Origin: an uncultured Chloroflexia bacterium
GTDB taxonomy: Bacteria > Chloroflexota > Limnocylindria > QHBO01
Assembly: GCA_963783495.1 (NCBI GenBank)
Contig: CAWANT010000006.1
Location: 274,248 to 338,247, forward strand
Reading direction: 5' to 3'
Length of the DNA stretch: 64,000 nucleotides
Below the pieces are notes generated by a model that was given only the letters and a program-made list of their open reading frames with translations, did no database searches and was not told the origin of the DNA. Made by a program: the position numbers and the translations under genes. The stretch's first letter is position 1. Each line of letters begins with the position of its first letter. Shown here one piece after another: positions 18,384-29,473 of the stretch.

Positions 18384-20448
18384 ATGCAGAGAAACCAGCC
18401 CGAGCGCGACGGGCCTGAGGCGCGCCGCGTCGACCCGCTGCTCGAGGTCAGGGAGCGGAAGCGCGGCGCGCGTCCCGGCGACGCCTACGTCCGCATCGTG
18501 CGGCCCTTCGAGGACGAGTTCGAGCGCTCCGACGAAGGGACCCTGATCGCCTCGGAGAAGACGATCCTGGACCGCCGCGGCTGGCACGTCGCGCTGCGCG
18601 GCTTCCGCACGGCCCTGATCGGCCGCCCCATCTCCACCGAGCACGAGGAGCACGAGCGCCTCAGCAAGGCCAAGGCGCTGGCCGTCTTCAGCAGCGACAA
18701 CATCAGCTCCAGCGCCTATGGCCCCGAGGAGATCATGCGGGTGCTGGTCCTGGCGGGGACCGGCGCGCTGCTGCTGACCGTCCAGCTGGCGGTGCTGATC
18801 ATCGTGATGCTGGCCATCGTGACCGTCTCCTACCGGCAAACGATCAAGGCCTACCCGATGGGTGCCAGCAGCTACATCGTGGCCAGCGACAACCTGGGTG
18901 ATCGGGCCGGCATCCTGGCGGCCTCGGCGCTGCTGATCGGCTACACGGTGACGGTCGCTGTCTCCGTATCGGCGGGCGTAGCGGCCATGACCTCGATCAT
19001 CCCGCAGATCTACGACTACAGGGTCTACATCAGCGTGGCGCTGGTCGCGCTGCTGATGCTCGGCAACCTGCGTGGCATCCGCGAGTCCGGCTCGATCTTC
19101 ATGACGCCGACCTACCTGTACATCGTGGTCATGCTGGTCGTCATCGGCATGGGGCTTGGTCCAGGCGGCCGACCGGCCAGCTCGCCCAGTTCGACGCGCC
19201 GCCGAGCCTGGATCGACGAGTGGAACGCCATCGGCCAGGCGCTGGGTCTCCTGCTCATCCTGCGCGCCTTCTCGCAGGGCGCCGTGGCGCTGACCGGCGT
19301 CGAGGCTGTCTCGGATGGCGTGCCGGCCTTCAAGCCGCCGGAGTGGAAGAACGCCCGAACCACGCTGACCTGGGCGGCGGTCATCTTCGGCATCCTGTTC
19401 GTGGGGATCGCCTACCTGGGCACCGCCATCGGCATCGTGCCCGATCCCGACGAGGAGCAGACGGTGCTCAGCCTGCTCGTCCGTCAGATCACCGGTGACG
19501 GCCCGATCCTGATCCTCGCGCAGGTGGCCACCGCCCTGATCCTGGTGCTCGCCGCCAACACCAGCTTCGCCGACTTCCCGCGTCTCTCGTCATTCCTGGC
19601 GCGCGACGGCTTCCTGCCGCGCCAGTTCGCCTTCCGCGGCGAGCGGCTGGCGTTCACCACCGGCATCATCGCCCTGGCCGGCATGGCCATCGCGCTGCTG
19701 ATCATCTTCCAGGCCAGCGTCAGCGGCCTGATCCCGCTCTACACGCTGGGCGTGTTCATCGCCTTCACCCTGTCGCAGTCGGGCATGTTCGTGCGCTGGT
19801 ACCAGCGGCGGGAGGAGGGCTGGGTGCGGGGCCTGCTGATCAACGGCCTGGGTGCCCTCACCACCGGGGTGGTCATGATCGTGGTCGGAGTCAGCAACTT
19901 CTTCAACGGATCGTGGCTGGTGATCGTGCTGGTCCCGATCCTGATGGTCTTCCTGTCCGGCATTCGCCGCCACTACCGCAATCTGGACGATCGGCTGGCG
20001 CTGGAGCGCATCCCGGCCGGCAAGGAGGTGGCCGCCGAGCCGATCGTGATCGTGCCGGTGGCTCGGCTGGACCGCACCGCCCGCCAGGCGATCGCCTTCG
20101 CCAACTCGATCAGCAAGACCGCCACCGCCGTCCACATCACCAACAACCCCGAGTCGGCCGCCGAGCTGCGCGAGCGCTGGCCGGACTGGGCCGGCTCGAC
20201 GGAGCTGGTCGTGGTCGAGTCGCCGTATCGGGCCCTGGTCGGTCCGCTGCTGCGCTACATGGACGCGTTGCAGGCCCAGGATCCAGGCCGCCCGGTGCTG
20301 GTCGTCCTGTCCGAGGTGGTGCCGCGCCATTGGTGGGAGAACCTGCTGCACAACCAGACCGCGCTGCGCCTGAAGCTGCGCCTCTTCAGCCCGGCCGAAC
20401 ACGATCGTGGCCGACGTTCCCTACCACCTGCCCACCGACGAGACATAG
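18384..20448 (+). CDS. APC-family transporter, KimA/YdaO-like K+ importer (C-terminal frameshift)
   Basis: LAVFSSDNISSSAYGPEEI, ALTGVEAVSDGVPAFKPP, AANTSFADFPRL, ESPYR, LLHNQTALRLK. Confidence 0.85.
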
Positions 20449-20569
20449 CCTGCGTCGCCGCGGCGCGCCACGGTCGCGGCGCGTAACCGTCCGCGAATCT
20501 CCCTCGACGAGGCACGCCCGGCCCCGCCGGGCGGCGCGTTGAACCTGCACGACCACCGAGGGAGGTTCC

Positions 20570-21124
20570 ATGCGTACCCGCATTCCGTCTCTGCTTCTCC
20601 CGGCCGTCCTGGCCGCGATCGCCAGCCTTGCCCTGGCCACCGCCGCGCTGGCGGCGCCGATCGGCTTCTCGGCCGACCTGGGCAATGGCGGCGATGGCGA
20701 CGAGGACGGGACCGGCACGGCCACCATCACCATCGATCCCGACACGGGCGAGGTCTGCTGCGACCTGACCGTGGAGGGGATCGAGCCGGTCACCGCGTCC
20801 CACATCCACGTCGGGGCCGAGGGTGAGAGTGGCGACGTGGTGGTTCCGCTCGACGTCGACGGTTTCGAGGGCTCGAGCAGCGACTGCGTCGACGCGTCGG
20901 ATGCCGACCTGGCTGCCATCATCGCCGACCCGGCCGGCTACTACGTGAACATCCACACCGAGGACTTCCCGGCCGGTGCGATCCGCGGCCAGCTGGTCGC
21001 CGACTCGCCCGACACCGCCATGGAGACCCCGACCTCGTCGCCGTGGGCGGCGCTGGGGCTCCTGCTGGTCGGGCTGGCCGGAGTCGCTGGGAGTGCGCGC
21101 CGCGCGGCGCCGCGTCTGACCTGA
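20570..21124 (+). CDS. Secreted CHRD-domain protein with C-terminal membrane anchor
   Basis: Signal peptide; SHIHVG and YYVNIHTEDFPAGAIRGQL; C-terminal SPDTA, hydrophobic helix, basic tail. Confidence 0.85.
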   Translation: MRTRIPSLLLPAVLAAIASLALATAALAAPIGFSADLGNGGDGDEDGTGTATITIDPDTGEVCCDLTVEGIEPVTASHIHVGAEGESGDVVVPLDVDGFEGSSSDCVDASDADLAAIIADPAGYYVNIHTEDFPAGAIRGQLVADSPDTAMETPTSSPWAALGLLLVGLAGVAGSARRAAPRLT

Positions 21125-21164
21125 CATCCGGACGGTGCCTGCACCGTCCTGCTCGCGTGCCCCA

Positions 21165-21196
21165 CGAGGCGGAGGCCGTTCGCGGCCTCCGCCTCG
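21165..21196. terminator. 14-bp GC hairpin with TTCG loop between convergent genes
   Basis: CGAGGCGGAGGCCG-TTCG-CGGCCTCCGCCTCG perfect stem. Confidence 0.7.
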
Positions 21197-21205
21197 AGTC
21201 TGTGC

Positions 21206-22465
21206 CTAGTGCACGAACTCCATGACGTTGATGGCGTAGATGCCGTAGGCGTGGACCACCACGCCCAGCACCACCGCCGCGACCAGCGGCCCCGACAGAC
21301 GATCCCGATAGGCCCAGCCCAGCAGCAGCATCAGGATCGGTATGGCATCCAGGATGAACCGATAGCCGAACTGGGCGAAACCCCATGATCCGTGGGTGAT
21401 GTCGGGCAGCATCACCAGCAGGGCGCTGAGCATGGCCACCGGCACCAGCGGCTGCAGCCGGCGGACGCGCCACGCCGCCGCTGACCAGAAGAGGAACGGC
21501 GCGCTCAGGGTGAGCGACAGCCCGGTGAAGTTCGGAACCAGGAACGGGAGGTCGTCGCTCCATCGAAGCTCTGCAGGAAGATGGCGTACAGGTGGCGCGG
21601 GATGTAGAGCGGCGGACGAGCAGGCCGTGGCGGAACCACGGCTCATCGGTCACGATGCCGGTCTCGCCAGACGGAATGTGGGCGTAGCCGAAGTCGAATG
21701 GCGAGCCGAAGCGGGCCAGGTTGTACGCCGCGATGAGGCAGGGCCGGGCCGGCGATGCCGGCCAGCAGCCAGGCGTGATCGCGCGGTCGGGCCGGAATCG
21801 GTCAGCGTAAAAGCCCGCGATCAGCGGCAGGCTGAAGGCGACCGGCAGGCGTGAGCCGGCAGCCAGCGCCAGGGTGAGCCCGGCCAGGATCGGCCAGCGG
21901 CGTCCGATGGCCAAATGCAGGGTCAGCAGCAGGAAGAACACGGCAACCACCTGCGCCCAGAGATGTCCGCCGGCCATGCCGGCCACCCACCAGTGCGTGG
22001 TGAAGGCGAAGCCGATGGTCAGCAGCTGCCGCGGCCGGAATGCCACACCGACGCGGGCCAGCAGCCAGTACACCAGCGCCACGTTGGCTGCGCCAAGGAC
22101 CGAGCACATCAGGTTCGATCCCAGCTCGCCGACGCCCATCGCCTGTGTGAGTGCGACAAAGGGCAGGATCACCACCGCCGGCACCGGTGGGAACGGCGAG
22201 TACTGCGCCCCGCTGCCATCGTTGACCGGCACCAGCTCGAGCCACGGCCGGTCGACGGCAATCGAGATCCGGCCGTGCAGGAACGCGTCGGCCAGCGGCA
22301 CGAAGGAGTCGCTGCTGACGTCGAAGGACCGGTGAACCAGTAGACGCCGAAGGCGAGGAGCGTGAGAACGGCGCCCGCCAGGAACTCGGGCTCGGCAAGC
22401 CGGGCGATCAGACGATCAGGGACCTGCGCCCGCGATGCTGGCCGCGATTCGGTGCTGGCGGTCAC
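21206..22465 (-). CDS. Polytopic membrane protein, GT-C glycosyltransferase-like (frameshifted)
   Basis: LADAFLHGR, YSPFPPVPA, YNLARFGSPFDFGY, WGFAQFGYRFILD across frames. Confidence 0.65.
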
Positions 22466-22492
22466 GCGGCGGATGATGACCGATGCGGGGAG

Positions 22493-22568
22493 TGGCGCGC
22501 CCGGCAGGATTTGAACCCGCGACCTGATGGTCCGAAGCCACCCGCTCTGTCCACTGAGCTACGGGCGC
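22493..22568 (-). tRNA. tRNA-Arg (anticodon UCG)
   Basis: Cloverleaf GCGCCCG...GGTGG-CTTCGGA-CCATC...TTCAAAT...CGGGCGC-G-CCA; 76 nt. Confidence 0.93.
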
Positions 22569-22869
22569 ACGCCTCACGCTCGACGTGGAGCGAGAACGGC
22601 ACACGGCCCGATCATGGTATCGCGCAGGCACCTGCCAACGCAGGCGCGGCCATGGCATGAGCACGAAACACCTTCCACGGCAACGCCTGGGAGTCGAAGT
22701 TCATCGGTTCGGCTCTCCTGCGCAAACGCATGAGCCGGCGGTCAGCTGCTGGGGGGATAGCAGCCGAGCGCCGGTTCGATTCCATCCTAGCGGGCGACTG
22801 CAAGCAGCACGAGCATGGGAGCAAGGTCCGGCTGTACGACAGGACCGGCGGGCGGGTACCGTCCGGCCG

Positions 22870-23086
22870 ATGCCAGGCCTGACCGAAGCACTCGGCTTCT
22901 CCTCCCTGATTGCCGGGACGCTCGAGTACGCGATTCTGCTGCGCCACCGCGAGGAGCGGCGTCGCGACGCCGCGCACGCCGAGCTGGCTTCCGACCTCGG
23001 CCATGACGCCCTGATGCGGTTGAGCCTGCTCGATCGCGCCGCGCCCCGGCGCACGGTGGTCAGGCTTCGGAACGCGGTTCCGCTAA
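22870..23086 (+). CDS. Possible small hypothetical protein (end uncertain)
   Basis: MPGLTEALGFSSLIAGTLEYAILLRHREE reads as coding; 3' end likely frameshifted and collides with the Calx-beta gene. Confidence 0.25.
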
Positions 23087-23115
23087 GCCCGCGACAATCG
23101 CCCGCGGGCAATCGC

Positions 23116-24567
23116 TCAGCAGCCGGAAGATCTTCGTGGCTTGGCTCGGCCCGTGATCGCTGTCCCCGCGGAACTTGGCCACGATCCGGCATCGGCCCGC
23201 ATTCGGTCGAGGGAACTGCGTGGAGAATCGACTGTCGGTGAAGCCATCACCGCTCGGGTCGGACCTCCGATGAGCACGGGTCGTCGGACGCCCAGGCGCA
23301 CCCAGACACCGTTTCGCATGCGGGTCAGGGTCACGACCATGAGCTTGCCCGGATGTGCCGGTGAAAGGCGCCCGGAGACCCGGATCCGCCCATTCACCTT
23401 CTTGCTGATGAACCGCGTCCACGTGTCGTCGTCGCGGATCAGGCCGCTCGCCTGGCCGTGCTCGATCGCCGCGCCGGCCGAGGGGTTGATCAGGCTCAGG
23501 AAGAACCGTTCGCGGTGCTCCAGCCGCCGGTCTGTCTGGATCTGAACCTGCACCGTCGCCGTGGTGGCACTGGCCGCGAAGGACAGGTTCCCGGAGGCGT
23601 CACGTAATCCGAGGGAGCGGTCGCGGTGCCGCTCGGTCGTCTGGTAGTCGACGTCCACGGCCGTCGTCAGTCTCGCCGGTGCGGGTGACGGTGAAGGTGA
23701 GCGTCCTGGTTCCCCCGCTGCCCTCGCGGACCGTCGCGCCGGCCACGTTCAGGACCGCGGCGCCGGGCGGGATCGGGTCGTTGTCCTGAATGGTGACCAG
23801 TGCCGGATGTGCGCCGAGCGTGGCGTTGACGGGGTTGGCGAGGTCGACGTGGAATGTCTCATCGCCCTCTGCCGCATCGTCGCCCTGGACCGGAACGACG
23901 ACCGACGCCGCGGTTTCTCCGGCTGCGAAGTCGAGCGTGCCGGCGGTCAGGTCGTAATCGCTGCCCGCCTCGGCGGACCCGTCGATCGTCGCGAAGTCGA
24001 CGGAGACGTGCCTTCCACTCGGCGTCGACAGCGTGACGTCGATCGAGGCGAACGGCGTGTCTCCGGTGTTGCCCTTCCGGGACGGTCAGGGTGGCGACCG
24101 ACGACACCGCTGGTGGCGCGTCGTTGTCGGTGATGGTCCCAGTGCCCTGGCCGTCCACGATCGTCGCGCCGACGGCATCGCTCAGGCGAACGAAGAACGT
24201 CTCGTTCGCTTCGTCGAGCGTGTCGCCGACGATGGTGATCGCGACCTTGTTCTTCTTGTGCCCGCCGGCGAACCGCAGCGTCCCGCTCCTCGCCAGGTAG
24301 TCGCGCCGGACTCGAGGCGGTGTCCGCCGCCGTCGCGAAGCGCACTGACGACTTGCCCCGCCCGCTCTGGGTGACCGTGAACGTCGCGGTCAAGGTGCCG
24401 GCGTCGCCTTCGGTGAGGGTGACGTTATTGATGGATAGGCTCGGCACTGGAGGCGAGCCGCGAGCGAAGCGGATGGCGCCGAGATCACGCCGGAGACGGC
24501 CGCGACGAGCAGGATCGCCAGCAGCCGGAAGCGGTCGGATCGTGCGAGGGCGGCGTGAGGGGTTCAT
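23116..24567 (-). CDS. Secreted Calx-beta repeat protein (multiple frameshifts)
   Basis: About three repeats with ends such as GTGTITDND and GLIRDDD; LSINNVTLTEGD start; GGAG-like RBS absent but N-terminal basic/hydrophobic leader present. Confidence 0.75.
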
Positions 24568-24726
24568 CTAGGTGGCTTCTCCTATCGTCATCGCGGGCAG
24601 ATCGAAGCGAGCCCGGCTCGGCGCGGCGAACCATAACCGAATGGACCCCTGACCGGGGCCGATATTCGTACTACGGTCCATAGGAAGCAGCCGGCCGTGG
24701 TGCCCGGCGAGGCGCTCCAATCGGCC

Positions 24727-25164
24727 TTACAGGGGCCAGAGCGCCAGGCCGGTGATCTCGTCGGGGACCCGCTCGAGCTCTACGCCGCTCATCTCGCGGA
24801 TGGTGACCTCGCCAACGAACACCGTGCAGCCGGGCAGCAGGTGACCGCCGACCGCTCCGCCTTCACGGCTGGCGAACCCGGCATGCGCGTGGACGAACGG
24901 CTTGCCGTCGCGCATCGAGACGTTGCCGGTGAAGCTGATGATCTCGTGGTGGTAGTCGCTCGAGAGCTCGAGGTAGCGCCGCTCCTCCTGCTCGTAGTAG
25001 CCGAAGGCGGCATGGGTGACACAGCGCCGACGACGCTGACCCAGGCGGACCGGATCTCCTGCTCCGACGCAGAAGCGCTCGATCTCGGAGAGCAGGTCCG
25101 TGCCGGTCGCGAGTCGACCGACGAAGGCGCGCCCCGCATGCGCCTCCCAGAAGCGAGACTCCAC
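24727..25164 (-). CDS. PPC/DUF296 domain protein (internal compensating frameshifts)
   Basis: EIISFTGNVS...PFVHAH...GGHL motif; GGAGGT RBS before GTG. Confidence 0.85.
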   Translation of the reverse strand: MESRFWEAHAGRAFVGRLATGTDLLSEIERFCVGAGDPVRLGQRRRRCVTHAAFGYYEQEERRYLELSSDYHHEIISFTGNVSMRDGKPFVHAHAGFASREGGAVGGHLLPGCTVFVGEVTIREMSGVELERVPDEITGLALWPL

Positions 25165-25177
25165 GCGCGTCGACCTC

Positions 25178-27715
25178 CTACTCGAAGTGCTTGAGGCTAT
25201 CGGTAATGGGCAGCCTGGCCGCGGTCCGCGCAGGGTAGATGCCTGCCACCGAGGCGATGCCGATCCCCAACAGCACGACCGCTGCCAGCAGTCCCCAGGG
25301 AATGGCGATGCCGCCGGCAAAGTCGTTCGGCGCCGCTACCGCAATGGTGATCCAGGCCACGACCCCACCAATCGCCACGGCTGCCAGCCCACCCACCGCG
25401 CCGATGATCCCGGCCTCGGTCACGACCATCGCCTGCACCTGGCCGACCGTCATGCCATGCGAGCGCAGGATGGCGATCTCGCGGCTGCGCTCGAGCACCC
25501 CCACCGCCAGCGTGTTCACGATGCCCAGCCCGCCGATCACCACCGCCAGCACGGCCAGCAGGTCGAACAGGCCGATGAGCCGATCGAGGGACCGGCCGAG
25601 CTCGCCCGACAGCTGCGCCGCCGACAAGGGCTCGGCGGCGTATTCCGCGGCCTTGTCCGCAACCGCGTCACGGAAGGTGTCAGCCGGGACTTCGCGTTGC
25701 GGCTGCAGCGCGTAGAGGCTGGCCTCGGTGACGCCGAACGACTGGCGCGCATCGGCCTGGCTCATGAGAATGGCCCCTTCCGTCGTCCGGGTCGGCAGCG
25801 AGTAGGCCACGATCCCGGCGACCGTGAACGGGACACCGTCGCCACCGGGCTGCCCCAGCGTGATCGTGTCGCCCACCGACAAGCCGTCGCGGCGGGCGAT
25901 GGACTCCGGCAGCAGCACCGCGCCGCCATCACGCAGCGCGTTGAAGGCATCGCGACGATCGCCGGCCACGAAGATCAGTGAGCCGGTGTCCTGGAAGTCG
26001 CTGGGGCCGATGCCGGCGACTCCCACCTCGCGCTGCTCGCCATCGGTCGCCGCCACCGCGGGGAACTCGCTGATGGGCATGACGCGCCCGACCCCGATGA
26101 CGGTCGCCAGGTCGTCGCCCACCCGATCGATCTCGTCCGCCACGGTGAGGCGGATCGCGTAGCCGCCGGGCAGGATGGAGCGCACCCATACGTCGGCCGT
26201 CGCGCGCGCAGAGGCCGTGACGATGCCGAGCGCCACCACCGACGCCAGCCCGATCGCCAGGGCGCCGACGGTGAGCCCGGTCCGCACCGGATCGCGCCCC
26301 AGGTTCGCGCGACCCAGCTCGCCCTGGGCGCCGAACAGGGCAGCGAACGGGCGGCCGATGAGTCGCGCGAAGGGCTGGAGCCCGATCGCGGCGAGCAGTG
26401 CCCCGCCCAGCAGGATCCCGACCGCCAGCAGCGCACCCGGGAGCGAAGCGTCGCCGCGCTGCAGCGGGTAGGCGACCACCCCCACCGCCACGGCCGCGAT
26501 GACGAGGCCGATCACCCACGGCAGCCGGCCTCCCAATGTCCGGCCCGGCTGTTGGGAGGGCCGCAAGGCGTCGAGCGGCGGCATGCGCGAAGCGGCCAGG
26601 GCGGGCACCAGGGCGCCGGCCAGCGTGACCAGCGCCCCGAGGGCGAAGGCCAGCAGCAGGGCGAGCGGATGGAATGGCAGGCCGCCGATCAACAGGGCGC
26701 GGCTCGACTGCAGGAACGTGATCAGGATGGCTGCCACCACCACCCCCAGCAGCACGCCGACCAGCCCGCCCAGCAGGCCCAGCGCCAGGCCCTGCCGCAG
26801 GAAGAGGCCCATCACCTGCCGCGAGGTGGTCCCCGCCGCCCGCAGCAGTCCGACCTCGCGCGTCCGTTCGGCAAGGGTCATGGCCAGCGTGTTCGCCACC
26901 AGGAAGGCTCCCACGGCCAGCGCCACCAGCCCGAACAGAAACGCGAGGCCGGCGAACCCGGCTTGCGCGCGTCCAAGCTGTTGCTCGGCGTCGGCCACCG
27001 TCTCCACCACGAACGGCTCGGTCATGGTGCGGTCCAGCGCGGCCAGCACCTCGTCCTCGGTGCCTTCGGCCACCTTCAGGTCGACGTAGCGCACCGGCGC
27101 CGGCACGTCGAACGCCTCAGCCAGGAAGTCCGAGTTGAGCACCACCACCGACCCCGACCCCAGAGCGCCGAAGCCCGTGTCCCCCAGCAGGCCGACGATG
27201 TGGTTGAGGGGCTCGCGCGGCGCCGAGTTCAGCCACAGCTCGTCGCCGAGCCCGAGGCCGTTGGCGCGCGCCCAGGCGCCGTTCACCAGCACGCCGGTGG
27301 GGTCGTCCGGATCCAGGAATTCCCCATCCAGCAGCTCGTAGGAGCGGATCTGAGCCTCGTCCTGGGGATCGACGCCGAGCAGCAGCATGGTGAAGACCTT
27401 CTCGTCCGGCCCGGGCTTGGTCGTGACGCTGCGTCCACGCTCTTCGATCACCGCCGAACCGGTGCTGACGCCGGAGATGGTCTGGATGTTCTGGACGGTG
27501 CGCGGCGTGAAGCCCTCAGGCTCGAAGGCGCGGACGCGAAGAGAGGCGGAACCCAGCAGCTCCTGCGCGGCGCGGCGCACCGCTTCGGTCGCAGCTTGAC
27601 CGGCCATCAGTGAGGCCGCGATGACGGCAACGCCCAGCGCGACGCCCAGCACCGTGAGACCGGTGCGCAGCGGCCTGCTGGCCAGGCTGCGCCAGGCGAT
27701 CGCGGAGAGACGCAT
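25178..27715 (-). CDS. FtsX/MacB-like ABC permease with two periplasmic domains
   Basis: RTGLTVLGVALGV; ERTREVGLLRAAG and ERSREIAILRSHG duplicated halves; intact 845 aa. Confidence 0.9.
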   Translation of the reverse strand: MRLSAIAWRSLASRPLRTGLTVLGVALGVAVIAASLMAGQAATEAVRRAAQELLGSASLRVRAFEPEGFTPRTVQNIQTISGVSTGSAVIEERGRSVTTKPGPDEKVFTMLLLGVDPQDEAQIRSYELLDGEFLDPDDPTGVLVNGAWARANGLGLGDELWLNSAPREPLNHIVGLLGDTGFGALGSGSVVVLNSDFLAEAFDVPAPVRYVDLKVAEGTEDEVLAALDRTMTEPFVVETVADAEQQLGRAQAGFAGLAFLFGLVALAVGAFLVANTLAMTLAERTREVGLLRAAGTTSRQVMGLFLRQGLALGLLGGLVGVLLGVVVAAILITFLQSSRALLIGGLPFHPLALLLAFALGALVTLAGALVPALAASRMPPLDALRPSQQPGRTLGGRLPWVIGLVIAAVAVGVVAYPLQRGDASLPGALLAVGILLGGALLAAIGLQPFARLIGRPFAALFGAQGELGRANLGRDPVRTGLTVGALAIGLASVVALGIVTASARATADVWVRSILPGGYAIRLTVADEIDRVGDDLATVIGVGRVMPISEFPAVAATDGEQREVGVAGIGPSDFQDTGSLIFVAGDRRDAFNALRDGGAVLLPESIARRDGLSVGDTITLGQPGGDGVPFTVAGIVAYSLPTRTTEGAILMSQADARQSFGVTEASLYALQPQREVPADTFRDAVADKAAEYAAEPLSAAQLSGELGRSLDRLIGLFDLLAVLAVVIGGLGIVNTLAVGVLERSREIAILRSHGMTVGQVQAMVVTEAGIIGAVGGLAAVAIGGVVAWITIAVAAPNDFAGGIAIPWGLLAAVVLLGIGIASVAGIYPARTAARLPITDSLKHFE

Positions 27716-27718
27716 GCG

Positions 27719-28465
27719 CTAGAGGCCCAGCTCGGCCAGGCGCATGATCAGTGGCCGCGCCTCGTGGTCGGTGCGGCGGCCGAGCTGGATCGTCTCCAGG
27801 ATCTCACCGTCGCGCACCACCAGCACGCGGTCGGCATAGGCCGCCGCACGCGCATCATGGGTCACCAGCACGATGGTCTGGCCCAGACGGTCGCAGGAAT
27901 CCCACAGCAGGTCCAGGATCTCGGTGCCGGTCGTGAAGTCCAGGTTGCCCGTCGGCTCATCGGCCAGGAGGATGGCCGGGCTGGTTGCCAGGGCGCGGGC
28001 CAGTGCGACCCGCTGCTGCTCGCCGGCGGAGAGCTGGTCCGGCCGCTGCCCGGCCTTGTCGGCCAGCCCCACCAGCTCCAGCAGCTCATCCACGCGCTCG
28101 CGGCGGTCGCCAAGCGTCTCGCCGCCGATCAGGAAGGGCAGCGCCACGTTCTCCGCCACGTTCAGCAGCGGGATGAGGTTGAAGAACTGGAAGACGAACC
28201 CGGTCTTGGCGCGTCGGGTCAGGGTCGCCTGCTCATCGTTCAGCTTGCTGACGTCGACGCCGTCGATGACCACCTGGCCGCTGGTCGGCCGGTCCAGCCC
28301 GCCCAGCAGGTGGAGCATGGTCGACTTGCCGGAGCCAGAGGCGCCCATGATCGCCACGAACTCGCCCTGCTCGACGGAGAGCGACACGCCGCGGAGCGCG
28401 TCGATGGAGCCGGCCCGCAGCGGATAGCGCTTGACCAGGTCACGCGCCTCGAGGATCACCGGCAT
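27719..28465 (-). CDS. LolD/MacB-like ABC ATP-binding protein
   Basis: GASGSGKST, GFVFQFFNL, LSAGEQQRVALAR, ADEPTGNLD, VTHD. Confidence 0.92.
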   Translation of the reverse strand: MPVILEARDLVKRYPLRAGSIDALRGVSLSVEQGEFVAIMGASGSGKSTMLHLLGGLDRPTSGQVVIDGVDVSKLNDEQATLTRRAKTGFVFQFFNLIPLLNVAENVALPFLIGGETLGDRRERVDELLELVGLADKAGQRPDQLSAGEQQRVALARALATSPAILLADEPTGNLDFTTGTEILDLLWDSCDRLGQTIVLVTHDARAAAYADRVLVVRDGEILETIQLGRRTDHEARPLIMRLAELGL

Positions 28466-28522
28466 CGCCGGCAGTCTAGACGGATGGGTTTGGCCCGATG
28501 CGGTCGCGTTCGCGACCCCTGG

Positions 28523-29473
28523 CTAGAGGACGAAGCCGAGCAGGGAGCCGAGCACGGTCTCGAACAGGCCGCGTTCCGGTGCGGCGGCGGACTCCACCCG
28601 AAGGCCGCCTGCCGGCCGGGCAACCATGCTGCCGGCAGGCGAAGAGGCATCACCCGCGAAGGCCAGCGCCCGCACGGTAACGGTCGAGGGGCTGCCCGCC
28701 GACGCGGCGACCAGCGTCCCGCCGTCCATGGGCGCCGAGGCCCGTGGGGCAGCCGGTGGGTCGACGTGCATCGGCTTGGCGTGAGGCTTGGCGTGGCGCT
28801 GGTGGCGGGCTGGGCTGGCCACCGAGCCGCCGCTGCCTCCCCCGCCGCTGGATGGGGGCGACGAACTACCGCCACCACCTCCGCCTCCCCCGCCCGAAGG
28901 TGGAGGCGGTGGCGGAGACGAGGCGGCTTGCATGAACAGCTCGGTGTAGAAACGCGGGCTGCGCAGCTTGCCCAGGAAGGTGACGTTGTCCCTGGCGTAG
29001 GCGCCCACGCCACCGTGGGTGAAGCTGGGCTCAAGGATGTTGGCGCGGTGGCCTGGAGAGTCCATGAAGCCCTGGTGGATGGCGACCGGCGAATCGGCGT
29101 CGCTGTAGCCGTTGTTCCAGCCGATGTTCTCGCCGCCCCAGCGGTACTGCAGCCCGTTCAGGTCATACCAGTGATAGACCTGGTAGCCCGTCCCCAGGAT
29201 CGTATGGTCGAAGTAGTTACGGTCGACCTGGTCCTTGCTGCGCCATCGGGCCAGGCTGACCAGCGTCGCGTGCTGCTGCACCGCCTTGCGCCCGTTGTTG
29301 ACGCGCGCCCCGTTCATGAGCTGGAAGAGGGTCGCCTCGGCAGCCCCCTGCTGCCAGCCGGTGGCCGGCGCCGGGGTCGATGCCAGGAACACGGCCGATG
29401 CCAGCGCGACGCCGGCCAGCGCCGTCGCTCGGGCAATGGCGTGATGTGGAGTCCGGCTCCGTGGAACGGTCAA
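28523..29473 (-). CDS. Secreted CAP (SCP/YkwD-like) domain protein with Pro/Gly linker
   Basis: Signal peptide; YFDH, GENI, FMDSPGHRANIL; GAAAGGAG RBS before TTG. Confidence 0.88.
   Translation of the reverse strand: MTVPRSRTPHHAIARATALAGVALASAVFLASTPAPATGWQQGAAEATLFQLMNGARVNNGRKAVQQHATLVSLARWRSKDQVDRNYFDHTILGTGYQVYHWYDLNGLQYRWGGENIGWNNGYSDADSPVAIHQGFMDSPGHRANILEPSFTHGGVGAYARDNVTFLGKLRSPRFYTELFMQAASSPPPPPPSGGGGGGGGGSSSPPSSGGGGSGGSVASPARHQRHAKPHAKPMHVDPPAAPRASAPMDGGTLVAASAGSPSTVTVRALAFAGDASSPAGSMVARPAGGLRVESAAAPERGLFETVLGSLLGFVL

Noticed and set aside
28820-28925. Low-complexity GGC/CCG-rich repeat
   Set aside because: It simply encodes the Pro/Gly/Ser linker of the CAP protein and is not a repeat element.
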